64,000 nucleotides of DNA from an uncultured delta proteobacterium (GTDB taxonomy: Bacteria > Desulfobacterota > Binatia > UBA9968), in assembly GCA_963804165.1 (NCBI GenBank), contig CAWDPO010000035.1, positions 128,001 through 192,000 of the forward strand, in the 5' to 3' direction. Position 1 is the first letter of the stretch, and each line of letters opens with the position of its first letter. Below, one piece after another: positions 10,221-20,102 of this stretch. The translations under genes and the position numbers were made by a program. Under the pieces are notes generated by a model that ran no database searches, had not been told where the DNA came from, and saw only the letters and a list, made by a program, of their open reading frames with translations.

Positions 10221-10311
10221 TTGGAGTGATGAAGTGTTGGAGTAATGGAGTGATGGGTTTATCGAATTGTGATTAGCAATCCAGTATTCCAGTACTCCAT
10301 CACCCATTCTT
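10221..10311. repeat. Octamer tandem (TGGAGTRA) hairpin element between convergent genes
   Basis: Four to five forward TGGAGTRA-like units, then inverted TCCAGTAT/TCCAGTAC/TCCATCAC units. Confidence 0.7.
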
Positions 10312-11450
10312 CTAATGCGTCCGATTGACGTCGTAGGGTTCGCCCAGCTCGGAGGCGCCGACGATTTGCGCGGCGATGTCATGGCGGCCATGCATCATGT
10401 GCAAATGCATGTCGCGGTAGAAACGCTCCAGCGGATGTTTTTCGAATAGCGCCGTCGAGCCGCAGATTTCGGCGGCGCTCCACATGACTTTCTCCAGAGT
10501 CTCTTTGGCCATCCATTTTGCCTCATGGGCAGCGACCATTGCTCCATCAGGATCGCGTTGTGAACATTCGCACGGCGTTGTAGAGGATCAGCCGGGAAGC
10601 GTCGAGCATGCTCTTCAATTCGCCGAAGCGGAGCTGGCGGAACGGATCTTTGCCGCCGGATCGTTCCCGGGTATAGCCGAGCGCCCAGTCATACATCGCG
10701 CGCGCCGAACCGAGATAGTTCGCGGTGAAGGCGAAATTGATTTTTCCCATCCAATTCTCGTCGAGAAACTGCCCCGGATTGCCGAGCAGATTTTCTTCGG
10801 GGACAAAGCAGTCTTGCAAATGAAGCCACGGACTCACGCAGGCGCGCATGCCGGTCGGTCGCCAGATGTCGGTGTCGATTTTTAATCCGGGAGTGTCTCG
10901 GTGCACCATGAACATAATCGGCTTCGGATGGGAGTCGGATGCCACGCGGCCGATCCACAGCCACTCCGCCAGACTTGCATTAGTTGCGTAGTGTTTGGTG
11001 CCGTTGACCAGATAGCCGCCCTTCATTTTTTCGCCGTCGTCGGCGGAGCACCCGAGGCTCGGCGCCGGCGCCGGGAATCAATGCTCCGCGATTGAAGGTC
11101 GGCTCGCTCCATCTTTGCACTTGGGCATCGTTGCCCAGGGCGTCGATCATCATCAGCGCGTTGTTGTGGACTTGAAAACAATGCGCCGTCGAGGGATTGC
11201 CGTAAGCCAAGTGTTCGTCAATGAGAAAGAAGGACAGAGGATCGTCGCCGTACAATCCGTAGCCGAGACCGCCGCGCCGTTTAGCGAGATTCGCGCATAG
11301 CCAGCCTTCACGGAAGAGATCGTCGAGGTCTTCAACTGGCGCTTCGAATGCTTCATCATAGTGCGCGGCGCGCGGTGCGATACGCTCGCGCACCAGTTGA
11401 TTGACTCGATCAATTAGCTTTTGTTGCTCTTGGGTAAAGCCGAAATCCAA
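10312..11450 (-). CDS. Acyl-CoA dehydrogenase family protein, frameshifts near 11050 and 10550
   Basis: MDFGFTQEQ, GAEP, YLVNGTKHYAT, W-x-P-x-GMRACVS, LERFYRD motifs across three ORFs. Confidence 0.85.
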
Positions 11451-11482
11451 GTTAGTGATTCTTTCGCGTTGAATGAAAAAGC

Positions 11483-11583
11483 AGATCCTTCGCTCTGCGC
11501 TCAGGATGACACTCGAATTACCTCATGTTCGGTGATGAATCGAAAGTAGAGTTCGCACGACTGTCACCGAGCCCGAAGAATCT
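11483..11583. repeat. REP-like palindrome family copy plus a degenerate inverted partner
   Basis: AGATCCTTCGCTCTGCGCTCAGGATGACA at 11483-11511; TGTCACCGAGCCCGAAGAATCT at about 11562-11583. Confidence 0.7.
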
Positions 11584-11637
11584 GCTTTGTACTTGTAAGT
11601 CGTCAGCGCACTGCTCAAAGAAAGCGAACGAAACAGC

Positions 11638-11670
11638 GGCAGGGAACAGTCGGAAAACCAGTTCCCTGCC
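11638..11670 (-). terminator. GC-rich hairpin downstream of the cupin gene
   Basis: GGCAGGGAAC...GTTCCCTGCC 10-bp stem followed by a T-rich tract on the minus strand. Confidence 0.45.
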
Positions 11671-11683
11671 TGAAGATGGACCG

Positions 11684-12091
11684 TTATTGGCGGGCGCCGA
11701 ATGTGTTCTGCTGGACCATCCAGTCCTTTTGCGGTGAAAGATCGACGCGTTTGTTGTCGATGTTTTGATCTTTGGCGGTCACACGCAGGATTTCGAGCGG
11801 CTCCGGCGACGCGCTTTCGAACCAGTACTTATAGCCGCGCGGGACCAAGATCCCTTCGCCTTTTTTGTATTCGCCGACGAGCTTGTCGCCTTCACCGTAG
11901 AACTTCACTGCGCCGCTGATGACGTACCAAAAAGCGTCTTCGCCCGTGTGCGTGTGCAGATTGTTCTCGCCGCCATTTTTCACCACCTGCACTTGTACTT
12001 TCATCAGGTCGCTGTTGCAGACCTGCCAGGTCTTTTTGACGCCTTCGAACTCGGGGGTCTGATGTCTGAATTCTTTAGCTTCCTGTGGCAT
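11684..12091 (-). CDS. Cupin domain protein
   Basis: ENNLHTHTGEDAFWYVISG and GILVPRGYKYWF cupin motifs. Confidence 0.88.
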   Translation of the reverse strand: MPQEAKEFRHQTPEFEGVKKTWQVCNSDLMKVQVQVVKNGGENNLHTHTGEDAFWYVISGAVKFYGEGDKLVGEYKKGEGILVPRGYKYWFESASPEPLEILRVTAKDQNIDNKRVDLSPQKDWMVQQNTFGARQ

Positions 12092-12240
12092 GGGTCACCT
12101 CGCTGGTAGAATTTCTTCGAATGTATTCCCGATTGGGGCCGGTGGTCAAGCGTTGCCCAATTGAACATTAACTTGAGAACGGTTAATCATTGGATTTACG
12201 GATGGAATCTAGGCATTCGACGGTTGAATGGTGAGGTAAC

Positions 12241-13591
12241 ATGAGCAGCTGGATTATTACAGATGCTTTGATGATTCCCATGAGCGAGCGGAAGTCGTTC
12301 ATCGGTTATGTGCGGATTCGGGATGGCGTGATCACGGCAATGGATGCGGGCACGCCGTCGAAGAGTGACGACTCGGAGGAAATGATCGACGGCGCCGGTT
12401 GCGTGCTCATGCCCGGTCTTATCAACGCGCACACTCATCTCTATCAGGTGTTGCTGCGCGCCGTGTGGGAAGATTTGGAATTGATGCCCTGGCTCAAACG
12501 GATCTATGGCTGCGCCCGCGTGCTTCGGCCCGAGCACTTTTACGCCGGCAGCTTGCTCGGCTGCGTCGAGGCGATTCGCAGCGGCGTGACGACTTTGTGC
12601 GAGCATAATTTTCTCAACCCCAGCCCGGAGTGCGGGTTCGAGACCATACGGGCAATCAAAGACGCGGGTGTGCGCGCGGTATTCGCGCGCACGATCATGG
12701 ATACGGGGGAAATCGTGCCTGAGTGCACGAAAGAGAAACCCGAGCAGGCGTTTCGCCGTATCGAAGAGATCTTGGCGCACCACGCGCGCGGCGAGCAGTT
12801 GCAATTTATGACCGGGCCGAACACGCCGCCGATCAACACGACTCCCGGCCTCCTCAAGGAGATCCGCCGTTTCGCCGACGACAAGGCGCTGGGTATCAGC
12901 GCGCACGTGGCCGAGTCGAAGTCGGTGGTGGAGTGCGTGCGGCGGGAACATGGCAAGAACGGTGTAGTGGAGTTCTTGCACGAATTCGGTATTCCCGGAC
13001 CCAGCTCGATCTTTGCTCATTCCGTCCATATTTCCAAAGATGAGATCGCGCTGTTGAAACAAACCGGCTCATCCGTGTCGCACAATCCAGTGAGCAACAT
13101 GATGCTCGGCGACGGCGTCGCGCCGATAGTGGAGATGCTGCGCCAGGGAGTCAACGTCGCGACTCGGCACCGACGGGGCGGCGAGCAACCATTCGCAGGA
13201 TCTTTTCGACACCATGAAGGCGGCATCGCTGCTCCAGAAGGTTCACCATCAAGACGCCGGCGTGATCGATCCTTACTCAGTTTTACGCATGGCAACCGTG
13301 GGTGGAGCGAAGGCGCTGGGACTCGATTCTATCTGCGGCACGATTGAGGTCGGCAAGCGGGCGGATTTGATTCTCGTCGATATGAATACTATCCACAATC
13401 AGCCGGTAAACGATGTCTTCAGCCAGATCGTCCACTGCGCTAAGGCGAGCGATGTGAGAACTGTGATGGTCAACGGTGAAATCCTGATGCGGGATCGCAA
13501 ATTGACCCGGCACGATGACGCCAAGCTGATCGCCGATGCGCGGCAAGCCAACGGCGATCTGATGGATCGCGTCAATCAGTTGTCTTTCTAA
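12241..13591 (+). CDS. Metal-dependent amidohydrolase (MTA/SAH deaminase, AtzA-like), frameshift near 13163
   Basis: MPGLINAHTH, AHVAES, AHSVH, HNPVSN; LGTDG restored by removing one base; GTIEVGKRADLI. Confidence 0.88.
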
Positions 13592-13601
13592 TATGCGATT
13601 C

Positions 13602-13885
13602 CTAGTGTCATCGGCGCGGCAGGCTAATTCTCGCGAAGGAAGAGTCGAAGCAGAAAGATTTCTCAATCGCTTCGCTCCTTCGAAATGACAGCCAAAGTGA
13701 TGGTTGTCATTTCGATTCCTACGGCAAAGTAACTCTGTCACGATGTCATCCTGAGGCGATCGCCGAAGGATCTCGTCTTCGTAAGCGACAGAAACTTCGA
13801 GATTCTTCGCGGAGTTTATCCTGAGTCCCACCGAAGGACTCAGAATGACATCTGTGCGAGTTTTGCGATTGCGATACAGCCTCAA
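13602..13885. repeat. Cluster of REP-like palindromes
   Basis: TGTCATCCTGAGGCGATCGCCGAAGGATCTC (13744-13774), GAGATTCTTCGC...CTCAGAATGACA (13799-13850), TTCGAAATGACA/TGTCATTTCGA pair. Confidence 0.75.
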
Positions 13886-13937
13886 AGGCTCGGAGTAAAC
13901 TTCGAGAGAAATCTTTCTTAGATCGAACCTAGTTCGA

Positions 13938-14804
13938 ATGCTCTACTTGCTTCTCGCGATCCTCGGGTCCGGTGTCATCCCGGTCATTTTTCGCGCCTTC
14001 GATAAGCTCGGAGTGAATCTTTTTTGGGCAATCCCGGCGAATTATGTGATTTGTGTCCTGATTGGAAATATCTGGGCGGGAAGCTCGCTCGAATTAGCGA
14101 ATCTTGCGGCGCAGCCATGGATTGGTTTTGCCGCTGTCCAGGGAATTTTGCTCGCCGTAAATTTTTATCTGCTTGCGTATACGGCTCAGCGCGCCGGGGT
14201 CGCGGTTGCCGCGCTGGCGAGCCGGTTATCGGTCGCCATTCCATCGCTCCTTGCTTTTGTGCTCTACGGTGATTCGTTGAGCGTGGTGAAAATCGCCGGT
14301 CTGTGCGCGGCGCTCCTGGCGCTTTACTTGTGCACGGCTCCGGACAAGAATTCCAGCGCTACAACGGTCCGGCTGTTTCAGCTGATGCCGATCCTAGTTT
14401 TCATCACCTTCGGCTGCTATTTTTCCATCCTCAAGTATTTGCAGGCTTACTATCTCGACGCCTCGTCGTACCACGCTTACGTCATGTCAGGGTTCATCTT
14501 CGCGTTCGCTTCGAGTATCGTGATCGGCTTTTCAAGACGCGTGTTCTCAGCGCATGATTTCCGGATGAAGCACATCTATGCGGGAATATTTTTGGGCGGG
14601 ATCAATTATGTTGCGGTTTACGCGCTGCTCGAAGTTCTTGCGCTAAAGGGTTGGGAGAGTTCCCAGCTGTTTCCGATTTACAGCGTGGGAGTCGTCGCCG
14701 TGAGCGCCATCCTCGCGATGTTGATCTTCCGCGAAAGATTGTCGAGACGGAGAATGGCAGGCTTGGTCGTCGGTCTCGCGGCCGTGGGGCTGCTGAATCG
14801 ATAA
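13938..14804 (+). CDS. EamA/DMT family transporter
   Basis: About 10 TM helices in two repeats; LAFVLYGDSLS and IFRERLS signature ends. Confidence 0.85.
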   Translation: MLYLLLAILGSGVIPVIFRAFDKLGVNLFWAIPANYVICVLIGNIWAGSSLELANLAAQPWIGFAAVQGILLAVNFYLLAYTAQRAGVAVAALASRLSVAIPSLLAFVLYGDSLSVVKIAGLCAALLALYLCTAPDKNSSATTVRLFQLMPILVFITFGCYFSILKYLQAYYLDASSYHAYVMSGFIFAFASSIVIGFSRRVFSAHDFRMKHIYAGIFLGGINYVAVYALLEVLALKGWESSQLFPIYSVGVVAVSAILAMLIFRERLSRRRMAGLVVGLAAVGLLNR

Positions 14805-14805
14805 T

Positions 14806-15798
14806 CTATTTCAGTGCCGCGCCGACTTTTCGCACTGTGCTGAAATCGAATACCTGCTCCGGCAGCACCGGCTGCTTGGGTTTGACCCGCACCGAAGCGT
14901 CCGCGATCATCTGTCGTTGAATTTCTTCGCTCACCAAGCCGTTCTCTAAAAAGTCCGGGCCTGCCACGTCATACACGCGCGCGGCGATCTTATCGGCGTT
15001 CTTGCCGAGATCGACCCAGGGCCCCTTGAGAAAATCGATGGCGTATTTCCTGTCCGACTTGATCAGGCGCGTCGCGCGCAGCATGGCGCGCACGACCTTC
15101 GTCACCAGCTCCGGCTGCTCGGCTAGCATCGTCTTGGTAGTCGCAAGGCCGCCCTGGACCGCTTGATAGTATTCGCCGGCAGCCGCCAGTTTGCGGAAGC
15201 CTTCATCCTGCGCCGTGAAGGTCAATGGCATTTGCAGCGGCGCGGCGTCGATGACTTTGGCTTTCAATGACAAGTAAGTGACGTGGCTTGGACCGGTCGC
15301 GAGGATGGACACTTCTTCGGGACGTACATTGTGAGCGACCAAAATCCGACGGGCCAAAATTTCTGCCAGCGACCCGACGCCGCCGGTGCCGATTTTTTTG
15401 CCGCGTAATTGCTGCACCGTCGTGATATTGGGTTGGACGATCAGATCGAACGACGGCCGATCCGTGACGGCAAAGATCACTTTGATATCCGCGCCCTGAA
15501 CGGCGGAGCTCACCGCCGATCCGGTGGCAGACGCAAACTGAGTGCTGTTGCCCATTGTCGCCTGGATAGTTTGAATAGCCTGCATCACGATCAGCTCGAC
15601 ATCCAAACCTTCCTCACGGAAAAAGCCGCGCTCCTTGGCAACGAAAAACGGCATGGAAGTCGTGCTTCTTGCTGCCAAGCCCATGCGGACCTGCGTTAGT
15701 TTGTCCGGTTTATCGGCAGAAAACGCAGTTTCAGCCGTGGGACTTAACAGCGTGATTAACAGCGCGACTAAAGTGTTGATACATCCATTCATACTCAT
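14806..15798 (-). CDS. NitT/TauT-family substrate-binding protein
   Basis: Signal peptide, ERGFFREEGLDVE, LRGKKIG, VFDFS. Confidence 0.9.
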   Translation of the reverse strand: MSMNGCINTLVALLITLLSPTAETAFSADKPDKLTQVRMGLAARSTTSMPFFVAKERGFFREEGLDVELIVMQAIQTIQATMGNSTQFASATGSAVSSAVQGADIKVIFAVTDRPSFDLIVQPNITTVQQLRGKKIGTGGVGSLAEILARRILVAHNVRPEEVSILATGPSHVTYLSLKAKVIDAAPLQMPLTFTAQDEGFRKLAAAGEYYQAVQGGLATTKTMLAEQPELVTKVVRAMLRATRLIKSDRKYAIDFLKGPWVDLGKNADKIAARVYDVAGPDFLENGLVSEEIQRQMIADASVRVKPKQPVLPEQVFDFSTVRKVGAALK

Positions 15799-15885
15799 CC
15801 AGGTCCTCGTAGCAACTATGCCAGGTCGAAATTGGATAAGGTCGCACGGAAAAAGTGAACCGGATCGTTATTCCCGCCAAACAAC

Positions 15886-16767
15886 TTATTGATCCGTTAC
15901 GTCTATGAAATTTCCGTCCGGATCGGCCAGCTGATGTCGGCCGTAACGACAAGCCGAGAGCAGTCGCAGTACGACATCGTGTTCGGAAGCCAAATTGGGA
16001 GCCTTTGGAGTCATCCACTCAGGATCCACGCTGGTCAAAACATCGAAATCTTTTCTAAACATCTCCATGTTTTCCACCTTGAACCCGACGTGGTCGAGTC
16101 CGGGGCCCCTGTGTTCGGCGCCGTGATAGTCTTCGATCTTCCATGGTGTCAGGATCAACGTGACTTTGCCGTCGGTGAGGTAAAAATTCGGGTCTTCCAA
16201 CGCCTTTTCCTCTTCTTTAAGTTCGAATACGTCCACGTAAAAGCGCGCTAAAGCACCCGGATTGATGGCGCGTATCGTCAGGTGCTTAATATAGCGATCT
16301 TGCTCCCGATCGGACTCGGCCCAGACACCGCGGACGTTATCCAAACCGGGCTGGCTCAGGTCGAACAGATGGCCTTCAGGATCGTGTGAGCTGAAAGACG
16401 CAAACGGTCGGTTGCTTGGTCTCTTCACCACTCCCACTGCGGGATATTTTTCCTTGTAGCGGCTGAAAACGCGGTCCAGGTCGTCTACCTCGATGCCAAA
16501 GTGATCTATGCCTGCCGGATATCCCGGTCGCCGGCGCAGGAACGCCACCCCAACATTGCCGTCGCCTGCTATCACCGTTGCATCGTAAGGTTTGGCAACG
16601 CGTTTGGTCGACAAAAGCGGATTGCCAAAACGCTTGGCGAACTCTTCCTCGGATGCCGTGGAGGTATCTGCCCTCGCCCGAGTTAGGCCAAACAAGCACT
16701 CATAGAATCGACAGAGCCGGGGCGCGTTGTGGCTCATAAACGCCACATGTTTGATCTTTGCTATCAT
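15886..16767 (-). CDS. Tandem VOC (glyoxalase/bleomycin resistance) family protein
   Basis: KIKHVAF, GIDHFGIEV, HDPEGHLFDL, IKHLTIR, GLDHVGFKV, DPDGNFIDV. Confidence 0.88.
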   Translation of the reverse strand: MIAKIKHVAFMSHNAPRLCRFYECLFGLTRARADTSTASEEEFAKRFGNPLLSTKRVAKPYDATVIAGDGNVGVAFLRRRPGYPAGIDHFGIEVDDLDRVFSRYKEKYPAVGVVKRPSNRPFASFSSHDPEGHLFDLSQPGLDNVRGVWAESDREQDRYIKHLTIRAINPGALARFYVDVFELKEEEKALEDPNFYLTDGKVTLILTPWKIEDYHGAEHRGPGLDHVGFKVENMEMFRKDFDVLTSVDPEWMTPKAPNLASEHDVVLRLLSACRYGRHQLADPDGNFIDVTDQ

Positions 16768-16847
16768 TGTAACGGTCCTTTCTACAATTTTTGATACGCT
16801 CGCAAACTCCGATGGCACTTCAAAACATTACAGTAGTCGATATGCTG

Positions 16848-17843
16848 TTATCTTTGCGTGTATTCCTTCTGCAATTTATTAAAGAAGCCTTCTCTCTCCA
16901 GTTCATCGATCAGGCTTTCGTCGATGAGCCGGCTCAAATTTACCTCCTCTTTTGGGCGCCCCATCTGTTGTAGAACGACGTCAGCGACACCTCTAACACC
17001 TTTACGGCCGACCCGGGGCGGTAAAGAAAATACGTTGTGGTATAGATCATAGGTCTCTTCCGCCACTTTGCGATCCACTTTTAGGTGTCTGGTAATGACA
17101 GGTAGGATTTTTTCGCGCTGGGTACTGACTTGGTAGATCGACTCGCTGAGCGCTTGGAGAAAACGCTTGATGGTATCGCGTTCCTTATCAAGAAACGAAC
17201 GACGTGCAACGATCAGTCTGTCGGGGAACTCCGGTACGATCTCAGCCAAGTCACCTAAAATCGTCATTCCCTTTTGCGCGGCTATGAGGGCGTGGTCATA
17301 GGAAATGACGGTGGCATCCAAGCCGCGGGCATCCATCGCCGTTAATCGCGTAGCGCTGCCTCCGGCAGGAATGATATTTACCGCTTCGCGTGGAATGCCC
17401 CATTCTCGAAGCGCGAGCAGAACGCCAAATTCGTTTGATCCGCCGAAATTGGCAATGCCGACTTTTTTTCCACGAAGATCTCCAGGCTTCGTGATGGTCT
17501 TTTGGGCGACGAACTTTAGCAAATTTTTGTTTAGAAAACCGCCGACGATGACAACATCTCCACCGGCGAGACTCGTACGGAGGGGAACCATGGCCGCCAT
17601 ATTCGCAGAATGAACGCTTCCACCAAGTAGCGCTTGCATTCCGCGTGCTCCTCCCAGGATCAGAACACTTTCCACGTCCAATTGATATTTGCGAAATGTT
17701 CCCAGGTCCTTCCCGGCCCAGAGGGGAATCTGCGCACCCCCGACACCCGCGCTACTATGAAGGTGGCGTTGTTGCGCGGAAAGACTGAATAGCGGAATCA
17801 GAGAAAATAATACAAAAAGCGATCGTGTGACTGCAGGTCGCAT
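16848..17843 (-). CDS. NitT/TauT-family substrate-binding protein (possible indel near the N-terminus)
   Basis: PLWAGKDLGTFRKYQLDVE, LRGKKVGIANFGGS, ELEREGFF. Confidence 0.88.
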   Translation of the reverse strand: MRPAVTRSLFVLFSLIPLFSLSAQQRHLHSSAGVGGAQIPLWAGKDLGTFRKYQLDVESVLILGGARGMQALLGGSVHSANMAAMVPLRTSLAGGDVVIVGGFLNKNLLKFVAQKTITKPGDLRGKKVGIANFGGSNEFGVLLALREWGIPREAVNIIPAGGSATRLTAMDARGLDATVISYDHALIAAQKGMTILGDLAEIVPEFPDRLIVARRSFLDKERDTIKRFLQALSESIYQVSTQREKILPVITRHLKVDRKVAEETYDLYHNVFSLPPRVGRKGVRGVADVVLQQMGRPKEEVNLSRLIDESLIDELEREGFFNKLQKEYTQR

Positions 17844-17996
17844 CTAAATTACGGATGTCTTTCTAACCCTCACGCATGAATTTGAGAGCTTTCACCGTTC
17901 GAGAATCAATTTCGACTCCATCAGCGTGCTATCAAAATCAACCGCAGACGTCGATCCCGAAGGCCTCGCTCGAGCGGAACTAGCCGATGGGATCTG

Positions 17997-18611
17997 TTAT
18001 CCCGCGGTTTGGTCAGGCGGTGACTTCACTACATGCTCGATCAAGCGCTGCAATTCTTCGTAGGGCTGCGCTCCGACCATTAGATATTTTCCAGCCAGAA
18101 ACGTCGGTACCGCGTTTACACCATAAGCGGCGCAGCGGCGCCAGTCGTCGTCGACGGCGTCCTTGAACTTGCGGCTCAGCAATACATCGGTGGCTTCGTC
18201 GGCCGGCAAATCATGCTCCTCGGCGATCTGGGCAAGCACGTCGGCTTTGCCGATGTTCTTAACGTCGACGAAGTAGGCGCGGAACAAAGCGTCGGTAACT
18301 TCTTCACCCTTGCCTTTGGTGTCGGCCCATTTCGCCAACTCCTGGGCGAGCCGGCTGTTGTAGGACATGTTGCGCTCGGCGTTGAACGGCAAGCCCTCGC
18401 GCTCCATGTTTACTTTCATGCGCTGGTTGCGCGCGATGATCTCCGGTCCGCGCACGCTGCCTTCCTCGGGGGTATCCGGATGAAGCGGAAATTGAGTGAA
18501 TTTGATCTCAAGACCGAATTTCTTTTTGAGTTTCTCGACACGCCCGGTGACGAGGTAGCACCACGGTCAAACGAAATCGGAAAACACTTCGAGGACTAAT
18601 GGCTCGGACAT
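17997..18611 (-). CDS. DsbA/FrnE-family oxidoreductase, selenoprotein (UxxC)
   Basis: GAGGA RBS and ATG 18611: MSEPLVLEVFSDFV-TGA-PWCYL...FPLHPDTP, in frame with the 17997..18455 ORF (GVNAVPTF, VGAQP); TGA 18569-18567 occupies the first Cys of CPWC. Confidence 0.88.
18534..18554 (-). promoter_or_regulatory. Putative bacterial SECIS hairpin
   Basis: CTCG-T-CAC-CGGGC-GTG-T-CGAG stem-loop starting 13 nt after the UGA, with a G-containing apical loop. Confidence 0.6.
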
Positions 18612-18621
18612 GATTTCCTCC

Positions 18622-18725
18622 TGTTCCAATCGATCCAATCGGTCAAATCGTTCGATAAGTCGAATTCCATCGGTTCCAAACGTTCCAATGGTTCCAGTTG
18701 TTCCAAGGGTTCAAAAGTTCAACGC
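18622..18725. repeat. Degenerate nonamer tandem repeat (GTTCCAANN / GTTCAANNN)
   Basis: GTTCCAATC GATCCAATC GGTCAAATC ... GTTCCAAAC GTTCCAATG GTTCCAGTT GTTCCAAGG GTTCAAAA. Confidence 0.7.
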
Positions 18726-18840
18726 TTCCATGTTTGAATAGATACTAGGGTTGTTGTTGGGGCGAAGTCAAAGGGGGAATTCAGCCGGCGGCGCAAAGTT
18801 GACTTTGGTTCGTGGGCTCGGATACTTTGAATCCAGGGCC

Positions 18841-19636
18841 ATGCCATTTGTCCAACTTAACAACATTGTCCATCGTTACGTCGATGAGGGCGCGAAGGAA
18901 AAGCCGGCTATCGTTTTTGCCAATTCTCTGGGAAGCGACCTGCGCATTTGGGATGACGTGGCGGCCCGACTGGCGGCGGATTTCCGCGTGATTCGCTACG
19001 ATAAGCGCGGCCACGGGCTGACCGATGCCGTTCCACCGCCGTATTCCGCTAAGGATCTCGCGGACGACGTTGCCGGACTGCTCGACGCTCTCGAAATTAG
19101 CCAGGCGGTGATCTCCGGCGTGTCTGTCGGGGGTATAATTGCGCAGGCCTTGGCGTTGAACTATCCCCAACGTGCGCGCGCGTTGGTTTTGTGCGATACC
19201 GGCGCAAGAATAGGCTCGGTCGAATCGTGGCAGCAACGCATCGATATGGTTCAAACCGGCGGCTTAAAACCCCTCGAATCAGCGATGATGGAACGCTGGT
19301 TTTCAGTCCGATTTCGCGCGCAGCGGGCAGCGGACATTCGCGGCTATTCCAACATGCTGCTGCAAACTTCGGTGCCAGGATATATCGGCACGTGCTGCGC
19401 GCTACGCGAAGCGGATTTTCGCCCTGCGTTGTCGCGAATCAAGTGCCCCACGCTGGTTCTGTGTGGCGCCGAAGACATCGCGACGCCGCCGGATCTTGGC
19501 AAGGAATTGGCGGGTTTGATTCCCGGCGCGCAGTTTTCTTTGATTGAAAACTCGGCGCATTTGCCGTGCATCGAGCAGCCGGAAACCGTGGCCGCGTAGA
19601 ATGATGCAGTTTTTCCGGGAGGTGCAAATTGTCTGA
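18841..19636 (+). CDS. pcaD: 3-oxoadipate enol-lactonase (likely 1-nt insertion at about 19597)
   Basis: FANSLGSDL, YDKRGHG, GVSVGG nucleophile, SAHLPCIEQP; removing one base gives ...AARMMQFFREVQIV* overlapping pcaC. Confidence 0.88.
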
Positions 19637-20015
19637 CGATTCATTTGATAAAGGCATGACCGTGCGCAAGGCGGTACTCGGCGCCGAGTATGTAGCGCGC
19701 GCGGAAGCGAACAAAACAGAGTTCGATGCAGACTGGCAGCGCTACGTGACGGAGCATGCATGGGGCGCGGTATGGACCCGGCCGGGACTAGAAAAGCGGA
19801 CGCGCAGCATGCTCACGATCGCCATGCTGGCTTCTTTGGGCAAACTTGAGGAGCTCGGCGCGCATATCCGGGCGACGCGAAATACCGGGGTAACCAAGGA
19901 CGAAGTCAAAGAGGTTCTGCTGCAAGTCGCGGTTTACGCCGGCGCGCCGGCGGCGAATTCGGCGTTCGCCGTCGCTAAACGGACATATAAAGAGATGGAT
20001 GCGGAAGGTAAGTGA
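19629..20015 (+). CDS. pcaC: 4-carboxymuconolactone decarboxylase
   Basis: GMTVRKAVLG, AWGAVWTRPGL, EVLLQVAVYAGAPAAN. Confidence 0.92.
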   Translation: MSDDSFDKGMTVRKAVLGAEYVARAEANKTEFDADWQRYVTEHAWGAVWTRPGLEKRTRSMLTIAMLASLGKLEELGAHIRATRNTGVTKDEVKEVLLQVAVYAGAPAANSAFAVAKRTYKEMDAEGK

Positions 20016-20028
20016 CAAGATTTGGACG

Positions 20029-20055
20029 AGATCCTTCACTTCGTTCAGGATGACA
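20029..20055. repeat. REP-like palindrome family copy
   Basis: AGATCCTTCACTTCGTTCAGGATGACA between pcaC and pcaH. Confidence 0.7.
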
Positions 20056-20102
20056 ACTGTCTTCGTTGTCAATTGTAACCGATCCCACACAAGGAAATTT
20101 TT

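Noticed and set aside
13283-13885. 200-aa ORF containing VILSPSVGLRINSAKNL
   Set aside because: Translation of REP-like palindromes plus antisense of the deaminase.
18622-18725. Possible CRISPR array (GTTCCAA starts)
   Set aside because: The period is 9 nt with no unique spacers, and there are no cas genes.
19597-19599. TAG near the pcaD end as readthrough or a pcaD-pcaC (pcaL) fusion
   Set aside because: One extra base explains it; the corrected frame stops at 19636 and pcaC has its own GGAGG RBS.
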